A stretch of 64,000 nucleotides of DNA from Actinomycetes bacterium (GTDB lineage Bacteria > Actinomycetota > JAHEXW01). Positions 1 to 7,828 of this stretch are shown piece after piece (positions within the stretch are counted from its first letter, which is position 1; every line of letters begins with the position of its first letter). The position numbers and the translations under genes are program-made. The stretch is taken from contig JAHEXW010000006.1 in NCBI GenBank assembly GCA_023251915.1, positions 1,489 to 65,488 on the forward strand, in the 5' to 3' direction. Below the pieces are notes generated by a model that was not told the DNA's origin, did no database searches, and was given only the letters and a program-made list of their open reading frames with translations.

Positions 1-865
1 CATCTTTGAGCCTGGGCAAGTCTTGGCGAACCGCACGCGCGTTCGCCAGCTTCAGTCTGATTCCTTCAGCGTCGCCGTCGCGCAACAGTTCAGCGAATGT
101 CTCAAGCTCGTCTTGATATTGAGCTATTAGAGATTGAATGGCTTCCCCGTTTTCGAGGCAGATGTCGACCCAAATACCGGCCGGGCTCCCCGCGACCCGG
201 GTCATGTCGTAAAATCCGCCCGCCGCCAGTTTGAAGATATTGGCAAAGCCGTGTTTTTCGGCCGCCGTTACGTTAACCAGGCTGGCCGAAAGGATATGCG
301 GCAAATGGCTGATGGCGCCGACCACACGGTCGTGAGCTGCCGGATTTAACGTAAATACGCGGGCGCCTATCTTTCCCAGGAGATTATGCAGGGATTGCAA
401 AGCGTCCGGATCGGTCGCCGCTGTCGGGGTCAAAATATATGGAGCATTTTTAAACATGTCGGGACTGGCGGCGTCGACGCCCGAGAGCTCACTGCCGGCC
501 ATCGGATGTCCGCCGACGAATCGAGCCCGGGTCTCCGCTACGATTTCATCCGCCTCCGCCACGATGCGCGCTTTGACGCTGGCCGCGTCGGTGATGATCG
601 CGCCGGGCTTGGTCGATCCAGCGATTCGGCGCACTTCTTCGATGATCAAGGAGACGGGCGTGGCGACGAACACGATATCCGCACCCCGCACCGCCTGGGC
701 GCAATCGAGGTGACCGCTGTCTATGGCTCCCAGGGCGATTGCCCGGTCAAGGGTCGCCTGCGTTCTAGCGCAGCCGCTGACGTGTTCCAGTCCGGCCAGC
801 TTCTTTAGAGCTAAACCTAACGAGCCGCCGATCAAGCCGGTGCCGACAATGGCGGCGGAACGAAT
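1..865 (-). CDS. tyrA: Prephenate dehydrogenase (TyrA), 3'-truncated by window edge; GTG start at ~863
   Basis: Manual minus-strand translation of 1-865 gives an open frame: VDEIRSAAIVGTGLIGGSLGLALKK...VGGHPMAGSELSG...AAHDRVVGAISHLPH. The GxGxxG NAD motif and HPMAG motif are typical of TyrA. Absent from the ORF track because it runs off the window without a stop. Confidence 0.75.
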   Translation of the reverse strand, partial: MRSAAIVGTGLIGGSLGLALKKLAGLEHVSGCARTQATLDRAIALGAIDSGHLDCAQAVRGADIVFVATPVSLIIEEVRRIAGSTKPGAIITDAASVKARIVAEADEIVAETRARFVGGHPMAGSELSGVDAASPDMFKNAPYILTPTAATDPDALQSLHNLLGKIGARVFTLNPAAHDRVVGAISHLPHILSASLVNVTAAEKHGFANIFKLAAGGFYDMTRVAGSPAGIWVDICLENGEAIQSLIAQYQDELETFAELLRDGDAEGIRLKLANARAVRQDLPRLKD

Positions 866-882
866 CTCGTCCACCGCTCGCC

Positions 883-1935
883 CTACATTCCTTTGCCGAA
901 AACCCGCACGGCCTGCTTGACGTTCTTCATCAGGGTCTCAAAATTGTCGTATTTCAACGACTCGTACCCGTCTGACAACGCCTCTTCCGGATTCGGGTGC
1001 ACCTCGATCATTAGGCCGTGGGCTCCGACGGCCACCGAAGCGATGCTCATCGGCTCGACGATATCCCAACGTCCGACGCCATGCGACGGATCGACAATGA
1101 TCGGCAGATGGCTAAGTTTCTTGACTATGGGCACGCAGCTCAAATCAAGCGTGTTGCGCGTGTAGGTTTCAAACGTCCGGATGCCGCGCTCGCACAGGAT
1201 GACGTCGTTGTTCCCGCCGCTAACCACGTATTCCGCTGCCATCAGGAACTCCTCGATCGTCGAAGATAAGCCCCTTTTAATCATGACCGGCTTGTTGGCT
1301 TGTCCGACGTATTTTAGAAGCGTGAAGTTCTGCATGTTGCGGGCGCCTATCTGCAGAATGTCGGCGTACTCGACGACCAGATCGACGTCACGGGCGTCCA
1401 TGACCTCGGTCACGATCGGCAAACCCGTTACGTCGCGGGCTTCCGCCATGATCTTCAGGCCCTCTTCGCCAAGACCTTGGAAGCTATAAGGAGAGCTTCT
1501 CGGTTTGAAGGCGCCGCCGCGCAATATCTGAGCGCCCGTCTTAGCAACGAATTTGGCGATGTCGAGGTAGACATCACGGCTCTCAACCGAACACGGGCCG
1601 GCCATGACGGTAAAGTTGTTCCCGCCGACCTTGACACCGCGAACGTCAACAATCGAGTCTGAGGGATGGAATTCCCGGCCGACCAGCTTGAAAGGTTTTA
1701 GGATCGGCACCACCCGTTCGACGCCGGGAAAAGTCGCCAGCGGCAGGTCGCGGGCTTTGATTGTGTCTCCGACCAGTCCGATAACGGTTGCGAACGCGCC
1801 CTTGCTGACGTGGACGTCAACCCCGACCTCTTTAACCTTCTCGATTAGATGGTCAATATCGTTGTCTGTCGCGCTTTCGCGCATGATAATCATCATGTGC
1901 GCGTCACCTCCCCTTGTGAAGTGCGATTTTATCAT
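883..1935 (-). CDS. 3-deoxy-7-phosphoheptulonate (DAHP) synthase, Thermotoga/Bacillus-type with N-terminal regulatory domain
   Basis: 350-aa ORF with KDO8P/DAHP synthase family motifs ([32 protein letters not shown]). True start probably an internal Met (MIIMRES...). Confidence 0.85.
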   Translation of the reverse strand: MIKSHFTRGGDAHMMIIMRESATDNDIDHLIEKVKEVGVDVHVSKGAFATVIGLVGDTIKARDLPLATFPGVERVVPILKPFKLVGREFHPSDSIVDVRGVKVGGNNFTVMAGPCSVESRDVYLDIAKFVAKTGAQILRGGAFKPRSSPYSFQGLGEEGLKIMAEARDVTGLPIVTEVMDARDVDLVVEYADILQIGARNMQNFTLLKYVGQANKPVMIKRGLSSTIEEFLMAAEYVVSGGNNDVILCERGIRTFETYTRNTLDLSCVPIVKKLSHLPIIVDPSHGVGRWDIVEPMSIASVAVGAHGLMIEVHPNPEEALSDGYESLKYDNFETLMKNVKQAVRVFGKGM

Positions 1936-1944
1936 TTAATAGTA

Positions 1945-3369
1945 TCAAAACGCCGCCAAGTAAGCGAGAGCGGCGCTCTCCCAGGAAAACTCGCGTTTTG
2001 CCGCCTCGTGCAGTCTCTGCCGGTGGCCCGGCTCCTGGGTTTCATAAACGGCGAGTGCTCGCGTAACAGCCGCCGCTAAGCCGCGCGTCAGCTCGCCGTC
2101 CGGCAGCAGCCTGGTCAGCGCCGGGTCGCCGAGTTCCGCGGCCAAAATATCCAAAGGCGTTCGCAACCCGGTTTGGTAAGTCGCGATTGGAACCGCTCCG
2201 GCGGCGGCGGCCTCGATGGCGCTCAGTCCGTACGCTTCCGGATAAACGCTCGGCATCAGCGCGACGTCCGCCCCGGCAAAAGCCGGCGCCATCTCGTCAT
2301 GCGCCAGGTGGCCGAGAAACATCACCCTCTTATCCATGCCTTTCGCCGCCGCCGAGTAGGCCGCGCCATCCAATCTCTTGATATCGGGTATGACCGGACC
2401 CCACGCGCCCTCCTCCCCCATTTCCGGGGCTTCCTTAGCGTATGCGGCCGCGCCCGTGATGTCGCCGGCCGACAGAAGCTCGATCAGCCGCCGTAAACCT
2501 GGCTCCAGCGGCCCGTCACCCGCCAGCCACAGTTCAAAATCTGGATTGTCCCGCAGAATCAGAGGCAGCGCCGCGATCGCGTACTGCGGCCCTTTCGTCC
2601 ATAACAATCGCCCGGCAAAAACCCCAACGGTTTGCTTCCGCGCGTTAACGTGTGGAAGCGGCCGAAATAGCGTGGTGTCGACGCCGGGCGGGATCACGAG
2701 CGTCTTGCCGCTTATATCCGCGCCGGCGGCGGCGGCGAAATCAACCACATCGGCCACGCTAGATTCGCTCAGCGCGGTGATCGCCCTGGCATCTCTCGCT
2801 GCGGCAACGAAATACGTAAGAAGCCGCGAATCCGCTTTTAGGCTGAAGTTGAGAGCGCTCCCGTGGATGGTCATTGTGAAGGGCACCTCTTCCAAGCCAG
2901 CGGCTTGCAGCGCCTCACGGACCTCGTATGGTTGCATAATGGCGTGGTTGGCCTGTACAGCGTCGGGCGACCATAGTTTGAATATCGTCGACAGCGCCGT
3001 TATGTTGTCTTTCAGGTAGGCGTCTATCTTATCTGGCGAAGCGTCTTGGAACGTATGGTTTTCGAAAGACTTGTCCCCGGAGGCAACGTAGGTCAACAAC
3101 AGTCCGTGAATGTCCGGTCGGACGCAGCGGCAAGAGCCCGCGTATTGCCTAGTCCGTTCGAATATTGTGGTCACATTATGATTATCGGAGTCCAGCGCGA
3201 ACGCGGCGTCGATGAAATCGTACTTTTCGGGGGTTTTCTCCTGGCATACCAGGGTTACGTCGTGTCCCAAGACGGTAAACGCTTTGGCGAGTTCACGAAC
3301 GTAGATCCCGCTGCCGGAGTCGGCGAGGAAATAGCCGTGGACTATAGCAATGCGCATGCGGCCTGACAC
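1945..3369 (-). CDS. Glycosyltransferase family 4 (GT4)-like protein with insertion
   Basis: 474 aa. N-terminal MRIAIVHGYF...GSGIYVRELAKA and C-terminal E..AYGLSAIEAAAAGAVPIAT are typical of the GT-B/GT4 fold. Start coupled to downstream SDR stop. Confidence 0.65.
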   Translation of the reverse strand: MSGRMRIAIVHGYFLADSGSGIYVRELAKAFTVLGHDVTLVCQEKTPEKYDFIDAAFALDSDNHNVTTIFERTRQYAGSCRCVRPDIHGLLLTYVASGDKSFENHTFQDASPDKIDAYLKDNITALSTIFKLWSPDAVQANHAIMQPYEVREALQAAGLEEVPFTMTIHGSALNFSLKADSRLLTYFVAAARDARAITALSESSVADVVDFAAAAGADISGKTLVIPPGVDTTLFRPLPHVNARKQTVGVFAGRLLWTKGPQYAIAALPLILRDNPDFELWLAGDGPLEPGLRRLIELLSAGDITGAAAYAKEAPEMGEEGAWGPVIPDIKRLDGAAYSAAAKGMDKRVMFLGHLAHDEMAPAFAGADVALMPSVYPEAYGLSAIEAAAAGAVPIATYQTGLRTPLDILAAELGDPALTRLLPDGELTRGLAAAVTRALAVYETQEPGHRQRLHEAAKREFSWESAALAYLAAF

Positions 3370-4190
3370 TAGTCGCGCAACTTGCCTGACATGCCGAGGC
3401 GCATCATCCGCATCATCCCCCGCCAGCGCCGCGCCCCGCTGAAGGCGTTGTAGAACCCGCCCGTAACTGCCCCAGGCTCCTGCGCTGCGATTGCGACAAC
3501 CAAACGTCCCGTTTCCTCCGGCGGAACGCCAATCGCGTCCAAGATAATCGGCACCTTGGCCGCGCGCGCCTCCAAGTTCTTACCGACGCGCATGTCACGG
3601 TAGAAATCTGTTGGCACCATGCCGGGACTCAGCAAATGAACCGAAATGGGATAGCTTTTGTTCTCTTCCGCCAGGCTCCTAGTCAGGCTGGTGACAGCGG
3701 CTTTGGTCATCGCGTAAACGGATGTGTAAGCGCTGGCTTTGCCGTCGTAGCCCTTTCCCGTCATATTTACGAGAATGCCACCGTTTTCCTTAAAATATCG
3801 CAGAGCGATTCGCGACCCGTTGACCACGCCCAACACGTTGACCCGGACAATCTCCGCCGCTTCGGTCTCGGTCATCTCGTCCAGCGGGATCACCCCCTGC
3901 GGCAAACCGGCGTTATTGACCCAAACGTCGACCCGGCCGTAGGTATCTATGGCCTCCTCTAGAAGGCGCTCAAGGTCATCCGCTTCAGTAACGTCGCATT
4001 TAACACCGGTAACTCGCAGATTCCGGGCCGCCAGGTCCGCGACCGCTTCTTCCACCGCCAGCTTGTTGCGGCTGGAAACGACCACGGCCGCACCCGCAAG
4101 AGCGCAGGCCTCGGCAATGGCTCGCCCGATGCCGCGCGTCGACCCGGTGACGACAATCACCTTACCGGCAAGATTCGTGGTTTCGCTCAC
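3369..4190 (-). CDS. Short-chain dehydrogenase/reductase (SDR) family oxidoreductase
   Basis: TGSTRGIGRAIA glycine-rich NAD(P) motif, NNAG motif, YxxxK (YAMTK) catalytic motif. Confidence 0.85.
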   Translation of the reverse strand: MSETTNLAGKVIVVTGSTRGIGRAIAEACALAGAAVVVSSRNKLAVEEAVADLAARNLRVTGVKCDVTEADDLERLLEEAIDTYGRVDVWVNNAGLPQGVIPLDEMTETEAAEIVRVNVLGVVNGSRIALRYFKENGGILVNMTGKGYDGKASAYTSVYAMTKAAVTSLTRSLAEENKSYPISVHLLSPGMVPTDFYRDMRVGKNLEARAAKVPIILDAIGVPPEETGRLVVAIAAQEPGAVTGGFYNAFSGARRWRGMMRMMRLGMSGKLRD

Positions 4191-4828
4191 TTCATTTCCT
4201 TGATTATCGCGGCCCGCGCCGGTGCCAAAGCCTTCGTCAACAGCGCAACATATCGCCCTTGATATCTGGCCCCGTCAAGTTCGTTGGCTGTCGGCATATG
4301 CGCATTGTCGGGCCCCACAATTGTGGATGCGCCGTAAGGTGAACACCCGGCTATTTCGTCAAACTGGTCCTGACCGTCGAAGTTATAGGGCAGCCCGGCT
4401 ATTATCATGCCGTGATGCAGAAGTGTCGTATGAAAACTAAGAATGGTCGATTCCTGACCGCCGTGTTGGGTTCTGGAACTGGTAAATACTCCGCCAACCT
4501 TGCCGGTCATCTTCCGTGCCACCCATATGGACCCGGTCGTATCTAAAAATTGTCGCATCTGGGAACACATCATCCCGTACCGGGTCGGCGCGCCGAAGAT
4601 AACCGCGTCCGCCTCGCCCAGCTCACCCACCAGACATTCGGAATACACCGAGCAGGCCTCATGCGCCTCCCAGGCGCCGGATTTCTTTAAGACCTCCTCA
4701 GGGACCGTCTCTGGAACGCGCCGGATGGCAACCTCGATGCCCTCGACGCTGGACGCTCCCGCTGCTTCCGCCTCTGCCATCTTCATGATGTGGCCGTACA
4801 TCGAATAAAAAACTACCAAAAGTTTCAC
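4187..4828 (-). CDS. wrbA: NAD(P)H:quinone oxidoreductase, WrbA/flavodoxin-like
   Basis: MKLLVVFYSMYGH... flavodoxin-like N-terminus and WrbA-type length (213 aa). Start overlaps SDR stop (ATGA coupling). Confidence 0.8.
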   Translation of the reverse strand: MKLLVVFYSMYGHIMKMAEAEAAGASSVEGIEVAIRRVPETVPEEVLKKSGAWEAHEACSVYSECLVGELGEADAVIFGAPTRYGMMCSQMRQFLDTTGSIWVARKMTGKVGGVFTSSRTQHGGQESTILSFHTTLLHHGMIIAGLPYNFDGQDQFDEIAGCSPYGASTIVGPDNAHMPTANELDGARYQGRYVALLTKALAPARAAIIKEMK

Positions 4829-4852
4829 GATATCCTCCTCGGTCTGACTTCT

Positions 4853-5332
4853 CTATATAGGATTCCCCGATGCGTCTGTCATGAGGATCGTTCCCTGGAT
4901 TTTTTCCGCGCGGTATTGCGCGCCGGCTTGGTCAGTGTAAACCAGAGTGCACTGAGTATCCAAGGCGGACACTACGGCCACTTTACCCTTTTCCGGGCCG
5001 CCGAGCGCCCACTGCGTCGAGGCGTCCAGTTCGGCCAGGGTCGCGCCGTCCATCCCCGTATAGCTGCCGTCGTGCGTCGCCGCATAAGCGTCAGCCGCCG
5101 TCAGCGCGCTCGTCAACACGGCTTTTGCCATGATGGTCGTTGGTTTCGTGCCCCCGCTCGTCAAGAAGGATCCGCCCGACAGTCCCAGTAGATAGTCGAG
5201 TCCGAACGACGCCAGCGTCCCGACTACCAGAATCATAACGCCGATCAACGCCCAGTTGTGCCTCTTGATATCCTTCCCGACCGCCTTGATAACCGGCGGC
5301 TGGGGTTGCCTTTCCCGCTCTTCTTCTACCAT
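4853..5332 (-). CDS. Hypothetical single-pass membrane protein
   Basis: 159 aa with one TM helix (WALIGVMILVVGTLASFGL) followed by an Ala/Thr-rich extracytoplasmic domain. Overlaps the upstream PIN gene by 7 nt. No recognisable family. Confidence 0.45.
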   Translation of the reverse strand: MVEEERERQPQPPVIKAVGKDIKRHNWALIGVMILVVGTLASFGLDYLLGLSGGSFLTSGGTKPTTIMAKAVLTSALTAADAYAATHDGSYTGMDGATLAELDASTQWALGGPEKGKVAVVSALDTQCTLVYTDQAGAQYRAEKIQGTILMTDASGNPI

Positions 5333-5784
5333 CGTCTCCCCAAACTCTGGCTAAGTTTCTTGTGCTGGGCCTGGGTCAGCAAACGCCGGCTCTTGGCCTG
5401 CTGCAGCACCCACGCCGCGTCGCGGACGGTTATCCCCGAACCGATCAGCTCGTGGCGCGCCATCCGGTCATTGGTAATCATGGTATAGAGATGCGTGAGC
5501 GCGATAGCCGCTGTGTCTCGCTCCCCTCGGTGCAGAAATGTCGTGTTGAACCCGGCTGCCTCGTTGGCTTCGGCGGGCCCGGCTTCGATGACCCGCACTG
5601 CACCCGCGCACACATCGTCCCGAAAGATATCCCGGCCGATGCCGCGCCCTACGCCCTCCATCTCGCGCCGTACAGTCTCAGAGACAACAACGCCCTCGTC
5701 GCACACGGCGTGCAGAACGTCAGGCCGCTCCAAGCGGCAATAGAATACTATAAGCACATCCGTATCAATAATGAACTGGCTCAA
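5326..5784 (-). CDS. PIN-domain protein (VapC-like / COG2405-like)
   Basis: N-terminal MSQFIIDTDVLI plus later acidic residues are typical of the PIN nuclease fold. No cognate antitoxin gene adjacent. Start overlaps the PlsY-like stop (ATGA). Confidence 0.65.
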   Translation of the reverse strand: MSQFIIDTDVLIVFYCRLERPDVLHAVCDEGVVVSETVRREMEGVGRGIGRDIFRDDVCAGAVRVIEAGPAEANEAAGFNTTFLHRGERDTAAIALTHLYTMITNDRMARHELIGSGITVRDAAWVLQQAKSRRLLTQAQHKKLSQSLGRRW

Positions 5785-6377
5785 CCGCCCTCCCTGGCGT
5801 ATCTGGGTCGTACCCCGTCCTTAAACTCCGGCCAATATCTCTGCGCGATAATCAAGCCGTTGACTGCGGCGATTGCCAAATACAGGATGCTGACGTCTTG
5901 CATCCATAACAGCAACATGAACAACGCCATCCCCATGACAGAAACCCAACTGTCGGCTTTCCAAACCGCCAGAAATGTCAGCTGGGCGAGTAACAGCAAC
6001 AGCAAACCAGGCCAACCGAGCAAGCCCGCCCAGACACCGAACGAAACCGCCACTGCCTTGCCGCCGCGCCAATGCAGCCAGGGTGAATAGGCATGTCCCA
6101 AGACCGGTGCCAGCGCAATCGGCGCAATAACCCATCCATTAAGGCCGAAAATATAGTGCACCATGCCTACGGGCGCCAGCCCCTTGGCAAAATCCAACAA
6201 TATGACCGCGGCACCGCACGGCAACCCCGCCGTGCGCCAGACGTTCATGCCGCCCGGATTGTGCGAACCGTAGTCGCGGATATCCTCGTGCTTGGCCAGG
6301 CGTGTCACCAGATAGGCAAACGGCACAGAGCCAGCGATAAATCCCGCGATTGTCCAAACTATTGCCGCCGCCGTCAA
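5781..6377 (-). CDS. PlsY-family acyl-phosphate:glycerol-3-phosphate acyltransferase paralog 1 (divergent)
   Basis: PF02660-like motifs: GSHNPGGMNVWR (cf. GSGNPGATNVLR), LDFAKG, GHAYSPWL, GGKAVAVSFG. The ATG ORF extends to 6464 and would overlap the upstream paralog by 86 nt. A TTG at 6377, right after the upstream stop, gives a canonical N-terminus (MTAAAIVWTIAGF...). The start is uncertain. Confidence 0.65.
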   Translation of the reverse strand: MTAAAIVWTIAGFIAGSVPFAYLVTRLAKHEDIRDYGSHNPGGMNVWRTAGLPCGAAVILLDFAKGLAPVGMVHYIFGLNGWVIAPIALAPVLGHAYSPWLHWRGGKAVAVSFGVWAGLLGWPGLLLLLLAQLTFLAVWKADSWVSVMGMALFMLLLWMQDVSILYLAIAAVNGLIIAQRYWPEFKDGVRPRYAREGG

Positions 6378-6378
6378 A

Positions 6379-7050
6379 TCATAGCCCTTGGTCGATCCAC
6401 TTAAACGGTCGATGAAGCCGGAATTTCGGACCCATGACCAGAGTCCGCCGGTATCTCTCGGCAAAGATGAGCGCGTTGGCGGCCGCTAACGTGACAAACG
6501 GGACCTCGTAGCCAAACCCGTACATGACCAGACTGCCCGCGACCATGCCTAGGACCGTTATCCAGGCGTCCGAAGCCATAATGACGAGAAACGCGCCCTG
6601 GCAGGCCGCGAATATCAACGGCCCTTGCCAGCCGGTCAAGCCGGCCCAGACCCCGTACGTCACCGAGACAGACTTGCCGCCTTTGAAATCGAGAAACGGC
6701 GAGTAGGCGTGCCCCAGGATCGGCGCCAGAGCTATCGGCACAATCGTCCATCCGCCGATACCGTAGTTGAAGTGAGCCAGGCCGACCGGCAGCAAACCCT
6801 TGAGAATATCTAGGATGATGACCAGGCTGCCGACCTTCCAGCCGCCCGCCCGCCACGCGTTCATGCCGCCCGGATTGCCGTCCCCGAAATCACGGACGTC
6901 TTTGTCCAACGCCAGTTTGACCATGATGTAGGCGAAAGGCACCGCGCCCAAGAAAAACCCGAGTAAAACCCAGAGAATGATTGTTCGCATTTCGCCTCGC
7001 CTCGCCTCGCGCCTCGTTTGACCTCGCTGTACTCGTGGCCTTGCTGTCAT
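6379..7050 (-). CDS. PlsY-family acyltransferase paralog 2 (divergent); alternative start at 6990 (MRTIILWVLLG)
   Basis: Motifs GDGNPGGMNAWR, LDILKG, GHAYSPFL, GGKSVSVTYG. The Arg-rich N-terminal 20 aa is encoded by a GAGGCG tandem repeat and may be non-coding leader. Confidence 0.65.
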   Translation of the reverse strand: MTARPRVQRGQTRREARRGEMRTIILWVLLGFFLGAVPFAYIMVKLALDKDVRDFGDGNPGGMNAWRAGGWKVGSLVIILDILKGLLPVGLAHFNYGIGGWTIVPIALAPILGHAYSPFLDFKGGKSVSVTYGVWAGLTGWQGPLIFAACQGAFLVIMASDAWITVLGMVAGSLVMYGFGYEVPFVTLAAANALIFAERYRRTLVMGPKFRLHRPFKWIDQGL

Positions 7051-7118
7051 CGTGGCCTCGCATCTCTCTAAAACCCAGTATATTGGTTTCTCTCCTCTTG
7101 GTATAGCTCACGCTATTC

Positions 7119-7161
7119 GGCTTTAACGCTTTACCGCGATACCGCGGTAAAGCGCTAAAGC
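7119..7161. repeat. GC-rich palindromic intergenic element (12-bp stem CGCTTTACCGCG/CGCGGTAAAGCG, 4-nt loop, nested in ~19-bp imperfect inverted repeat)
   Basis: Direct reading: ggctttaacgctttaccgcg-atac-cgcggtaaagcgctaaagc. Related partial copies at 7264-7290 and 19510-19539. Confidence 0.6.
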
Positions 7162-7263
7162 ATATCAGCTGAGAGCGTTGTTACTCAACAAACACTAAGC
7201 AGCGCCCAACAGCAAAGGGGCAAAATCGTCTTCATATCAGGTGCGTGGCATGGCACGTCTTTT

Positions 7264-7290
7264 GCTTTAATGCGGTAAAGCACTAAAGCG
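7264..7290. repeat. Partial copy of GCTTTA...TAAAGC palindromic element
   Basis: gctttaatgcggtaaagcactaaagcg resembles a deleted version of the 7119-7161 element. Confidence 0.45.
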
Positions 7291-7305
7291 TTCATCATTG
7301 AAGTT

Positions 7306-7800
7306 TTAGTTGCGCGCGACATATGGCTTGATCCGAGCCATGCCGGTAACCGTAATCGTAGACGCATGACGGTTAATCAGACCGCTGAATAGAAGCGGCA
7401 GCGAAGCCTTGCAGGTCACTGTAACATGGGTGTCGGTACTAACCATGTCCACGCTTTCGATGCGAACGCCTCGGTCGCTATTCAGATTCTCTTCCACGAA
7501 CGCCGTGACTTGTTCGGTCGTTACGCCGCGCCTCTGGTTACCTGTGACGCTGGCTTCAACCACGTCTATCCGGCGAGCCGTCTCGCGCGCGGCGATATCG
7601 CAGGCCTTATACAGCTCCGTCTTGGCTGCCAATATGCGCCCGATGTCAATGCTCAGCCCCAGCAGCAACAACAGCACTGGCAAAAAGGCAATAATCAGAA
7701 CCGTCACTGATCCTTCCTCGGCTCTGCTTTTCTTCAACAGACGTTCTTCGTTCTTGCCCTGCGTCATTTTCTTTACCTCAGTTGTGGGCTTTGTTTGCAT
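7306..7800 (-). CDS. TadE/TadG-like (Tad_N) Flp pilus assembly/pseudopilin-like protein
   Basis: N-terminal GSVTVLIIAFLPVLLLLLGLSIDIGRILAAKTELYKACDIAA matches the TadG/TadE N-terminal pseudopilin-like segment. Sits in Tad locus 1. Confidence 0.6.
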   Translation of the reverse strand: MQTKPTTEVKKMTQGKNEERLLKKSRAEEGSVTVLIIAFLPVLLLLLGLSIDIGRILAAKTELYKACDIAARETARRIDVVEASVTGNQRRGVTTEQVTAFVEENLNSDRGVRIESVDMVSTDTHVTVTCKASLPLLFSGLINRHASTITVTGMARIKPYVARN

Positions 7801-7828
7801 ATTTTCAGATTCGCGTGCATGTGGAAAT

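Noticed and set aside
2378-3019. 213-aa plus-strand ORF inside the GT4 gene
   Set aside because: Antisense to a well-supported glycosyltransferase. No motifs.
5362-6090. 242-aa plus-strand ORF antisense to the PIN and PlsY-like genes
   Set aside because: No recognisable motifs and Pro/Arg/Ala-rich composition typical of antisense frames in high-GC DNA. It fully overlaps two well-supported minus-strand genes.
7185-7367. 60-aa ORF within the palindromic repeat region upstream of the PlsY paralogs
   Set aside because: Lies across non-coding palindromic repeats and the tadE-like 3' end. No RBS, and it translates the hairpin elements.
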